The notes under the pieces are model-generated. The model ran no database searches, was not told where the DNA came from, and saw only the letters and a list, made by a program, of their open reading frames with translations. Shown one piece after another: positions 1-8,907 of a stretch of 64,000 nt of DNA. Numbering within the stretch: the stretch's first letter is position 1; each line of letters begins with the position of its first letter. Location: contig OX597841.1 of the NCBI GenBank assembly GCA_951406725.2, positions 22,258,001 through 22,322,000 of the forward strand, written 5' to 3'. Source of the stretch: Octopus vulgaris (lineage: Eukaryota). A program made the position numbers and the translations under genes.

Positions 1-384
1 AGTTTGTAAGCTATTTGTTCTTTAATTTCTTGCAATTTCAACCAATCAATGACGTCTATTCAGGTGAATACAATTTCTGCCGTAGTTTGTCAAAAACTTC
101 CTGCACAGATACACACATTACATATTATATATTCGTTTAAGAATCAGAATGGGAATCTTTTCGGTTTGAACGGCAGTTTTTTTAAATAATTTCCACGTAA
201 CTAAACACTTTTAAACTTCGTATTCTGGTAGAATGTGTTTATAAAATATCTTTTCTCGTGGCTTTCTTGAGAAAATTCTGTAGTTTGTAAGCTATTTGTT
301 CTTTAATTTCTTGCATTTCGGCAATTTCAACCAATCAATGACGTCTATTGAGGTGAATACAATCTGTCCGGATCTTTGTCAACA

Positions 385-1143
385 ATAATTTTTTGCGCTG
401 TCAGCAATTAAAGCAAAGTCATTGGCATAGGGAAGTTCCCAGGGTCATACTGTCTTGAATTCCTCCGTTATTACCTGGAGGACTATGATAAATAGGAGGG
501 GGCTGAGGACTGAACCTTGGTGGACCCCTACATCTACCCTGAATTCTTCAGCGTACTCGTTGCCAACCCGAACCTTAAGTGCAGCATCCCTGTACATGGC
601 TTGCACGGCTCTCACTAACCATTCATCTATCCCTAGTTTCCTCATTGACCACCAGATAAGTGATCAGGGGACCCTGTCAAAGGCTTTCTCCATGTCAACG
701 AAAGCGAGGTACAGGGGCTTATCTTTGGCTAGGTATTTCTCCTGCAGCTGTCTTACCAGAAATATAGCATCAGTGGTGCTTTTCCCTGGCACGAAACCAA
801 ATTGCATCTCATCCAAACTGACTCTCTCCCTAATTAGTTGGGCTATGACCCTCTCCGTGACCATCATGACCTGATCCAACAGCTTGATACCTCTGTAATT
901 ATTTGTATCTAAACCATCACCTTTACCTTTGTAGCAGTTGACTATGGTGCTGCTACACCAGTCGTTGGGTATGACTCCTTCGTGTATCACCTGGTTTACT
1001 GTATGGGTGACTAGGCTATAGCCGACACTGCCAGATATTTTGAGCATCTCTGCAGTAATTCCTGATGGGCCGGGGACTTTCCCTGTCTTCATACTTGTAA
1101 TTGCCTTATCTATCGAGGTGCTGACAACTCAGATAGCTGGTCA

Positions 1144-1146
<3 letters not shown>
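385..1146 (-). mobile_element. RTE-clade LINE reverse-transcriptase relic
   Basis: KGKGD..NYRGIKLL, QFGFVPGKSTTDAIF, AFVDMEKAFDRVP, GVHQGSVLSPLLF; in-frame stop after DRVP; truncated at both ends. Confidence 0.9.
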
Positions 1147-1190
<44 letters not shown>

Positions 1191-1219
1191 CTCATAACAA
1201 TTCTGCTTGTCGTTGTTAC

Positions 1220-1447
1220 TTAACCCTTTCATTACTGTATTTATTTTGAGATGCTCTGTGTTACTTTCAATTACTTTAAATATAACAAAGAATTTAGTAA
1301 AATAACTTAGTTATCATTCAGGTAGTGTTAGGAACATAAATTGTGACTAAGGTTTGGTGGAAGATTTTAACTCAAAACTTGTGAAAACAAAACATTTGTA
1401 CTTAGAGCCAGAGCCGGTTTCAGCCGGGTTGGTAATGAAAGGGCTAA
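1220..1447 (+). mobile_element. ~220-bp piggyBac-like MITE (also 8949-9175, 15687-15914, 25694-25921, 34650-34876, ~52398-52623, ~52763-52978, ~60312-60526, and reversed at ~43848-44070)
   Basis: TTAA-CCCTTTC(A/G)TTAC ... GTAA(C/T)GAAAGGG-(T/C)TAA terminal inverted repeats; TTAA targets and CCC ends are piggyBac hallmarks. Confidence 0.75.
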
Positions 1448-2189
1448 ATGTTAAGTAGCAATAAAATACATCACTAAGGAAAGCTGTTGTTCTGGCTGTC
1501 AACTTGTGAGGTGTTATTGTTTTCAACTAAGAACCATAGCTATGGGAAAATTTGCTATGGGAAAATTGAAGATTTGATTTCGATTTTAGTGCTAGCTTGT
1601 TTGCAAGGAAAATTTATCCCACGTGTTTTGTTACAGCTTGTTTAATAAATCGAGAGGTATTTATTATAGGAAAATGAATGAGGTATTTCCCTTGTCTGTT
1701 AAAGGAAAATATATTGGTTATATATGTGGATCCCTTCCAGGGGCCGTAGCCATATAATTATAGATTTTTTATTAAACTTCAATGAATGTTACTTTAACAT
1801 ATTTGCAATGTTTCACAGAATTTCAACAGGTGTAGACAGCAAATTGATACAAACAACTTGTATAAGATGTTATATATTACATCTCATATAAAATCCATTC
1901 TATCTGTGTGTGTGTGTGTATGGCTTCTAGGATCTCTGGCATCTGCCTAATGTCGGGCACGAAAATACCTTTGAAAGCAATGAAGTCATAAAAGAATCAT
2001 CCATAACTTGCAGTAAGCAACATTTATTAAAATAAAAGTATTCAGAACACAGAAAACATGTAACAAAAACAATTTGCAAACATATTTACATTCCTATATA
2101 ACAGTTAAGAACATCACCATTATTGTATTACGCATGCGCGGAAGTGTTTGTTCGACTAGGTACTGCTGGCTTAATTACACACGACTCTA

Positions 2190-2286
2190 GTCAGAGAAGG
2201 GGTGCGTATTATACACAAGGTTTAGGTTTTTCAGAGGTACAGCTCCCTAAAAATCCCCTGCATATTATACTCAAGGATTTACGGTA
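2190..2286. mobile_element. One end of a Tc1/mariner-pogo-type DNA element
   Basis: Repeated tgc(g/a)tattatac(a/t)caagg subterminal motif ending ...gatttacggTA; partner TIR not found. Confidence 0.45.
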
Positions 2287-2289
2287 CTC

Positions 2290-2585
2290 CTTTCAGTCGA
2301 ATACTTCTTTGCAGACTATGTTGTTTGTGTAAGTTCTCCCTCTTCTTTCCCTGTTCTTGTCAGTCTTGTTAAATTTAACCCTCACATCAGATCATTTGCG
2401 AGACCTTCAGAATGCAACATACAGCTGACCATGGTTGAATACAGGTTCAGGCAAGAATGGCCCCACTTTATGAAATGTCTGCCCTTGTAAGCTTTATTGA
2501 TAGTCATTGCATGACAGGTGAACAGGAGTCTGGTTTCTTTCTAAAGAGAATGGCAAGTTTGGGATGCGCATGTGTCAAGTGATAG
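2290..2585 (-). pseudogene. Helitron RepHel (PIF1-type helicase) C-terminal relic; minus strand at ~16745-17035 and ~26750-27050, plus strand at ~9465-9755 and ~35165-35460
   Basis: Across frameshifts reads LPFSLERNQTPVHLS/AMTINK/QGQTFHKVGPFLPEPVFNHGQLYVAF*R...TNNIVCKEVF, matching the consensus QFPVRLAFAMTINKSQGQ..VF.HGQLYVA.SR..T.NIVY.EV. Confidence 0.85.
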
Positions 2586-2867
2586 GCAATACAAAAAACT
2601 TAGTTCAATTAAAAACAAAAGCAGTTTTCTTTTCACTATGCACTCACCATTGTCACCACCACCACCACCACCCTCTGTCTTTCTGTCTTTTTTTAATCTC
2701 ACCATCAGAACATCACCCCTCTACTGAAATTATATTCCTAACACTTTTCTGTATCACTTTGAACTGACTTTTTAATCATGTAATACATATTATGTACACC
2801 CCTGTCACACTTCATGTTCTCACTCATCTTTTTCTCTCTCTCCCCTTTCTCTGATCATGTGAATGTT

Positions 2868-3019
2868 TACCCTTTCGTTACCAACCCGGCTGAAACTGGC
2901 TCTGGCTCTAAACAAATGTCTTGTTTTCATAAGTTTTGAGTTAAAATCTTCCACCAAACCTTAGTCACAATTTATGTTCGTAACACTAGCTGAATGATAA
3001 CTAAGTTATTTTACTAAAT
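2868..3019 (-). mobile_element. Inverted, truncated copy of the same MITE (also 17320-17474, 27333-27487)
   Basis: Reverse complement of ~1292-1443. Confidence 0.8.
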
Positions 3020-3020
3020 C

Positions 3021-3356
3021 TTTCAACATCAATGGAAATTGTAGCTGAGATACCAGTGCCGGTGGCACGTAAGAGAACCGTCCGAACGTGGCCGTTGCCA
3101 GCGCCGCCCCGACTGGCCTCCGTGCCAGTGACATGGCCAGTTGCCAGCCTCGTCTGGCACCTGTGCAGGTGGCACGTAAAAAGCACCCACTACACTCTCA
3201 GAGTGGTTGGCGTTAGGAAGGGCATCCAGCTGTAGAAAAAACACTGCCAGATCAGACTGGGCCTGGTGCAGCCTCCTGGCTTCCCAGACCCCAGTTGAAC
3301 TGCCCAACCCATGCTAGCATGGAACAACAGACGTTAAACGATGATGATGATGATGA
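3021..3356 (+). mobile_element. SINE-like element with (GAT)n tail (also ~10381-10634, 17476-17808, 27489-27819; reversed at ~50769-51045 and ~58554-58830)
   Basis: Dispersed copies carrying ggcacgtaaaaagcacccactacact..ggcgttaggaagggcatccagc and the tail gacgttaaacgatgatgat; same tail type as the RTE 3' ends at 42.9-43.5 kb. Confidence 0.7.
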
Positions 3357-4036
3357 CTTCAGTCAAAATAGTGAACTTTATTAAGTCAAAGCCTTTGCAA
3401 TCGCGCCTATTTGAGAAGTTGTGCAAAGAGATGAGAAGCGATCATAAATCACTTCTTTTGCACACAGAAATACGATGGCTCCCTAGGGGGCAAGTGTTAA
3501 CAAGACTTGCAGAACTCCACGAAGAAGTAGCTATATTTCTAGAAGATAAAAGCGATTTTGCGAAATATTTGCGTGACGAAGAATTTGTTCTGAGGCTTAC
3601 GTATTTAGCAGATATTTTTTCGAAATTAAACGACCTGAATTTGTATTTACAAGGAACAGAAGGTATCAGTATATTTGCAATTCATGAGAAAATTCGAGGT
3701 TTTATGAAAAAACTTGTCTTGTGGAAAAATCGTATTAACAAGCGAAATTATGACCGTTTTGAAACATTTGAAATTTTTGTAATGGAGAATAAAGCAAAAG
3801 TTGATGATGGTATAATCATTGAGATATCTGAACACTTGAATAAGTTAAATGAAAGTTTTGAATTTTATTTTCATAAAGTGATGAATACTATACAACAGAA
3901 AAGATGGATTATGAACCCCTTTCAGCCTGACGTGACGACTGGAATATCAACAAAAGCCGGTGAGGAACTTATTGATTTATCCGAAGACTCTTCCTTGAAA
4001 ATGACTTTTAACACAGGAATATGGTGTCTCTCCTGA
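3341..4036 (+). mobile_element. hAT (Buster/Charlie, SCAND3/ZBED8-like) transposase fragment, open 231-aa ORF
   Basis: VKIVNFIKSKPLQSRLF..LC, LLLHTEIRWL.RG.VL.R, LTYLADIFSKLNDLNLYLQG, WIMNPF; N-terminal catalytic region and C-terminal dimerisation domain absent. Confidence 0.88.
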
Positions 4037-4080
4037 ATGAAAATGTTTGTGAGAAGTTAAGCACTACTTTGAGAGAAAGA
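4013..4080 (-). pseudogene. Orphan zinc-finger remnant (present in cassettes A-E)
   Basis: Reads SFSQSSA-[1-nt deletion]-TSHKHFHSGETPYSC. Confidence 0.75.
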
Positions 4081-4277
4081 TATAATAATAATAATAATTG
4101 TGTACAGTGCTCAGATGCACTACAACTCATCTAAAGTGTATGTATAATCAGGTGTAGTTTCGGCGGATTTCGGAAAGCATTAAAGGATGCAGTGTCATGG
4201 CAGTCAACAACTGACGCAGGCAGTTTATTCCATGCTTCAGCAACTCTGAGCGTGAAAAAATGTTTCCGAAAGTCATG
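4081..4277 (-). mobile_element. CR1/L2-group LINE 3' end with (ATT)n tail (also ~11360-11566, 18535-18732, 28545-28752, 36710-36946)
   Basis: Minus strand reads [24 protein letters not shown], the FF..R....WN.LP C-terminal signature; homologous to 22296-22672. Confidence 0.8.
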
Positions 4278-4286
4278 ATATGGTTT

Positions 4287-5108
4287 CTATCCTATATGAA
4301 CAAGTATGTGAGAATTTAAAACACTTCGGTCAGAGAATGAGGTACCACAGACATCACAGGGATAAGGCTTCTCTCCTGTATGAATACGTATGTGCGTAGT
4401 CAAGTTACCTTTTCGAGAGAATGATTTACCACAAGTGTCACAGTGAAATAGCTTCTCCCCTGTATGAATACGTTTGTGTCTAGTCAAGTTATTACTTTGA
4501 GGGAAAGATTTACCGCAGATGCCACAGTGAAACGGCTTCTCCCCTGTATGAACACGTATGTGATAATTTAAAGCACTTTGGGAACCGAATGATGTACCAC
4601 AGACATCACAGTGATATGGCTTCTCTCCAGTATGAATACGTTGGTGTGTACTCAAGCTACCTTTTCTAGGGAATGATTTACCGCAAACGTCACAGTGAAA
4701 TAGCTTCTCCCCTGTATGAACAAGTATGTGAGAGTTTAAAGCACTCTGGTCAGAGAATGATGTACCACAGACATCACAACGATAAGGCTTCTCCCCTGTA
4801 TGAATACGTTTGTGTCTAGTCAAGTTATTATTTTGAGGGAAAGATTTACCACAGATGTCGCAGTGAAATGGCTTCTCCCCTGTATGAATACGTTGGTGTG
4901 TAGTCAAGTTAATTTTTTTAGAGAATGATTTACCACAGGTGTCACAATGAAATGGATTTTCCCCTGTATGAACACGTTTGTGCATATTTAAGCGACCCTT
5001 TTGTGAGAAACACTTTTTACAGACATCACAGTCATATGACAGTTTTTGTTTCCCCTCTTCTCTATCTTCTGGAAAAATCAGTTCCTTTAGATTCTCACTC
5101 TTTTCCAT
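4287..5108 (-). CDS. C2H2 zinc-finger protein A, 273 aa, 9 fingers
   Basis: ORF of repeated CxxC-x12-HxxxH fingers with TGEKP linkers, all in one exon; ends HIG* at a mutated linker. Confidence 0.9.
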   Translation of the reverse strand: MEKSENLKELIFPEDREEGKQKLSYDCDVCKKCFSQKGRLNMHKRVHTGENPFHCDTCGKSFSKKINLTTHQRIHTGEKPFHCDICGKSFPQNNNLTRHKRIHTGEKPYRCDVCGTSFSDQSALNSHILVHTGEKLFHCDVCGKSFPRKGSLSTHQRIHTGEKPYHCDVCGTSFGSQSALNYHIRVHTGEKPFHCGICGKSFPQSNNLTRHKRIHTGEKLFHCDTCGKSFSRKGNLTTHIRIHTGEKPYPCDVCGTSFSDRSVLNSHILVHIG

Positions 5109-5466
5109 TATTTTTGTCCAAAAATCACAGTATATAATCTTTTTTCACCTTTTCGCTTCCATAGTGTTTTGTTTACAAATATTTCAACTGCTGTATTTCT
5201 GTCCATTGTTAATTTTGTCCCAAAACATTTTACTAAAATAATCCAAGTTTAATTCTTACACAGACTTATCTTGTGGACACTCCAGCCAGTGATATCCAGA
5301 AGGTTTGCTAATAACACAATTCAGAGTAAATATATCAGAGGAATTCCACCACAGATTTATAGAAACAATCTTATATAACTGTTTTGTACAATATTTCCAT
5401 TTTGGTCTTTAAAAGATGATAAATAATGAGAATGTATCTTCAGTTATGCCAATGTCATCTGATATT

Positions 5467-5495
5467 CTGAAATAATAAAGAAACAACAGTGTAAG
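5467..5495 (-). other. Conserved splice acceptor of the ZF exon (also at ~12882, 21098, 30026, 38259, 48694, 56495)
   Basis: Minus strand cttacactgttgtttctttatt(a/c)tttcAG|aatatcagatg, 310-360 nt upstream of each ATG in genes A-G. Confidence 0.75.
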
Positions 5496-5989
5496 ATATA
5501 GAGGCTATTTAAAAAAATACAGATTCAACATTTCCATAGAGATAAACTCTAGAAATAAACATTTAACTGAACAACAGAACTTTCTAATTTATTAATATTT
5601 ACATCACAAAATCCTGTTTGAAGCTAACATATTTGTAAACTCCAGCTCCACATTCACACACACACACACGTTTATATATATATATATATACTCTTCCTTG
5701 TGTTAGTTGTTTTGACTGTGCCTATACTGGAGCATCATCTTAGAGGGTATTAGTTGATCAAATCAACCCTAGGACTTCATTTTTGAGCCTAGTACTTATA
5801 TTGACCTCTTTTGTGAAACCACTAAATTATGGGGACATAAACACACCAACACTGGTTATCAAACAGTCACAAAGACACACAGATATATATATGTATATAC
5901 ACATAAATACTCATTAATATATATAGGGCTTCTTTCAGTTTCCATTCCAGAAAGCACACGATCCCCAAAGTAAAAAAACCCAGGATTTT

Positions 5990-6660
5990 ACAACATTCAG
6001 AGTTTTGAAATGTCCTTTGAAATAATCCTGTCTAAAACCTACAATGATTTTAGTTGAAATCTCTCTAAGCAACGTCAATGGTGAGAAAATAAGGCGAAAT
6101 TACTCATTTTGCCCCGCTTACTTATTTCTTCCCGATCCCGATACCAAGAAACAAACATTCGATGAATTATAATAAAGCATTCTTTATAACATCCCACGGA
6201 AGTTTCCAGAAGAGTTCTGAAATGTCGTTTAGAATAATTCTGTCAAAACTTACAATGATTTCAGTTGAAATCTATCTAAACAATATCAATACTGTAAAAC
6301 TGTGGCGAAATTACTCATTTTGCCCCGCTTACTAATGTCGTCGTCTTCCTTTTATCAAGAAACAAACATTCGATAAATTATAATAAAGCATTGGTTTTTC
6401 AACATTTCTGTGGTTGGAGTTTATTTGGGAATACTTCCCAAACTAAAACACAACAAACGAACGTGGAAACGATGGAGCGTGTAGGAAGAAATGAGGAATT
6501 ACTCATTTTGCCCCACCTAACTATTTTGCCCCCTTCCCGATACCAAGTGACAAACATTTGATAAATTATAATAAAGCATTGGATTCTCAGCATTTCTGTG
6601 GTTGGAGTTTATTTTAAGAACATTTCTCCACCTAAAACACACAACAAACAAACTTAAAGA
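5990..6660. repeat. Degenerate ~200-bp intronic repeats marked by aaattactcattttgcccc
   Basis: Motif at ~6100, 6311, 6499; also ~13540, 13752, 22097, 23396, 23609, 23795, 40070, 41507. Confidence 0.7.
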
Positions 6661-6772
6661 AGAAACGATGGAGCGTGTGGGAGGTTGCCGCCATAGCTAG
6701 AAATAGCAGCCAAATGTGGAACAAAATCTGATTCACAAAGTATCGAAAGGTTAAATGTTTTCGTTGTTTAAT

Positions 6773-6960
6773 ACTTACGGAAATGTCTTTATAAAGGATG
6801 GTGTTGTTGTTGTTGTTATGAGTGCATCAGGTGGGAGAGAAATGTATTACAAATGTGTTTCGGAGTGAATTGAGAGAAATTCTGGCGCCAAACAAAGCTT
6901 GTCAAGACGTAATGAATAGAAGCGGAAATAGGTTTAGTGCGCATGCGTATGTAATAGTTG
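6773..6960 (-). promoter_or_regulatory. Putative promoter and non-coding first exon of gene A
   Basis: TGCGCATGCG (NRF1-like) at 6938-6947, adjacent GCGGAA (ETS-like), minus-strand donor GTAAGT at 6773-6778; module repeated above each of genes A-G. Confidence 0.65.
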
Positions 6961-7101
6961 TGCGTGATATTCACATTTTGGCACAAGGCCAGCAATTTCA
7001 GGGGAGGGGAGGGTGCGTAAGTCGATTACCGCGGACCGCAGTTGTTAACTGGTATTTATTTTATTGAACCCCAGCAAAAAGCTGAAAGGCAAACTTTATT
7101 T

Positions 7102-7618
7102 GGATCTTTTCGCTTTGACCGACAGATTTTTAAAATAATTTCCACGTAACTAAACACTTTGAAACTTCGTATACTGGTAGAATGTGTTTATAAAACATCT
7201 TTTTCTCTTGGCATTGTTGAGAAAATTCTGTAGTTTGTAAGCTATTTGTTCTTTAATTTCGGCAATTTCAACCAAACAATGACGTCTATTGAGGTGAATA
7301 CAATTTCTGCCGTAGTTTGTCAACAACTTCCTGCACAGATACACACATTACATATGATATATTCGTTTAAGAATCAGAATGGGGATCTTTTCGGTTTGAA
7401 CGGCAGTTTTTTTAAATAATTTCCACGTAACTAAACACTTTTAAACTTCGTATTCTGGTAGAATGTGTTTATAAAACATCTTTTTCTCGTGGCTTTCTTG
7501 AGAAAATTATGTAGTTTGTAAGCTATTTGTTCTTTAATTTCTTGCATTTCGGCAATTTCAACCAATCAATGACGTCTATTGAGGTGAATACAATCTGTTC
7601 AGATCTTTGTCAACAACA
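7102..7618. repeat. Direct duplication (~280-bp period) of a repeat-element end; also 1-385, ~14342-14870, 24357-24875, 33316-33835
   Basis: Two copies of gatcttttcg(c/g)tttga...caatgacgtctattgaggtgaatacaat; longer single relative at 42362-42810. Confidence 0.75.
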
Positions 7619-7621
7619 ATT

Positions 7622-8378
7622 TTTTGCGCTGTCAGCAATTAGAGCAAAGTCATCAGCATAGGGGAGCTCCCAAGGGCATACTGTCTTGAATTCCTCCGTT
7701 ATTACCTGGAGGACTATGATAAATAGGAGGGGGCTGAGGATTGAACCTTGGTGGACCCCTACCTCTACCCTGAATTTTTCAGTGTACTCGTTGCCAATCC
7801 TAACCTTAAGTGCAGCATCCCTGTACATGGCTTGCATGGCTCTCACTAACCATTCATCTATCCCTAGTTTCCTCATTGACCACCAGATAAGTGATCAGGG
7901 GACCCTGTCAAAGGCTTTCTCCATGTCAACGAAAGCGAGGTACAGGGGCTTATCTTTGGCTAGGTATTTCTCCTGCAGCTGTCTTACCAGAAATATAGCA
8001 TCAGTGGTGCTTTTCCCTGGCACGAATCCAAACTGCATTTCATCCAAACTGACTCTCTCCCTAATTAGTTGGGCTATGACCCACTCCGTGACCATCATTA
8101 TCTGATCCAACAACTTGATACCTCTGTAATTATTTGTATCTAAACCATCACCTTTACCTTTGTAGCAGTTGACTATGGTGCTGCTACACCAGTCATTGAG
8201 TATGACTCCTTCGTGTATCACCTGGTTAACTGTACGGGTGACTAGGCAATAGCCGACACTGCCAGATATTTTGAGCATCTCTGCAGTAATTCCTGATGGG
8301 CCGGGGACTTTCCCTGTCTTCATACTTGTAATTGCCTTATCTATCGAGGTACTGACAACTTGGATAGCTGGTCAGTAC
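7622..8378 (-). mobile_element. RTE LINE RT relic (cassette B)
   Basis: Same ends and same stop as 385-1146; YADD motif readable. Confidence 0.9.
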
Positions 8379-8393
8379 ATATATATATATATA

Positions 8394-8907
8394 CTAGCAG
8401 TATCGCCCGGCGTTGCTCGGGTTTGTAAGGGAAATAACTATATAAGCATTTTTTAGAGAGTTACTTCCCTTATAGATGCCAATTCCGGCTTTCTTAGCCA
8501 TTTCTGTTTTGGTGTCTTCAAGCCATGAAGTCGTTGTTCTAAAAGAACGCTGGTCTTCTTGACAACGCTTTACGACGTTGATTTCCTTACACTCCCTTCC
8601 CCACAGCTTCACGAGGGAGGGAAGAAAGGGGAGAAGCAAACAGGTGCAGGTGTGACCATGGACGCCAACTCCGCCGCCATCGACACACGAAAAATTATGC
8701 ATTAAAATGGAATAAAAAATTATGTTAAATTATTTTTAAAATCGTAGACTCATCGTAGACACGCGCTAATACTCAGACGGGCTTAATATGAATCACGACT
8801 ATAAGATACCCGAATTTGGTTAAACTGCACCGCAAAATGTGGGAGTAGTTAGGAATCTAAATCGAAGGGGACAGACACTCACACAACTACAGTTTTATAT
8901 ATATAGA
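8394..8907 (-). mobile_element. Non-autonomous Helitron, ~514 bp
   Basis: Minus strand starts TC(tatatatataaaac), ends with hairpin CCCGagcaacgcCGGG then CTAG; inserted between A and T with no TSD; empty site in the other four cassettes. Confidence 0.82.

Noticed and set aside
455-874. Plus-strand ORFs over the RTE relics (also 7686, 14999, 25004, 33901)
   Set aside because: Antisense shadows of reverse-transcriptase sequence
2564-2767. 67-aa His-rich ORF in several cassettes
   Set aside because: Overlaps the antisense Helitron relic and a (CAC)n tract; identity reflects recent duplication, and it is frameshifted in C and E
3341-4036. Autonomous hAT transposon carrying the ZF gene
   Set aside because: Only an internal transposase fragment; no hAT TIRs or 8-bp TSD seen around the cassette
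4925-5241. Recurrent MIYHR/MASLLYEY ORFs and alternative-frame ORFs over the ZF genes
   Set aside because: Antisense or off-frame by-products of the 84-bp finger repeat
6822-7067. Plus-strand ORF family containing SAHAY / RMRM
   Set aside because: Translation of the conserved TGCGCATGCG promoter motif; the frame is not kept between paralogues
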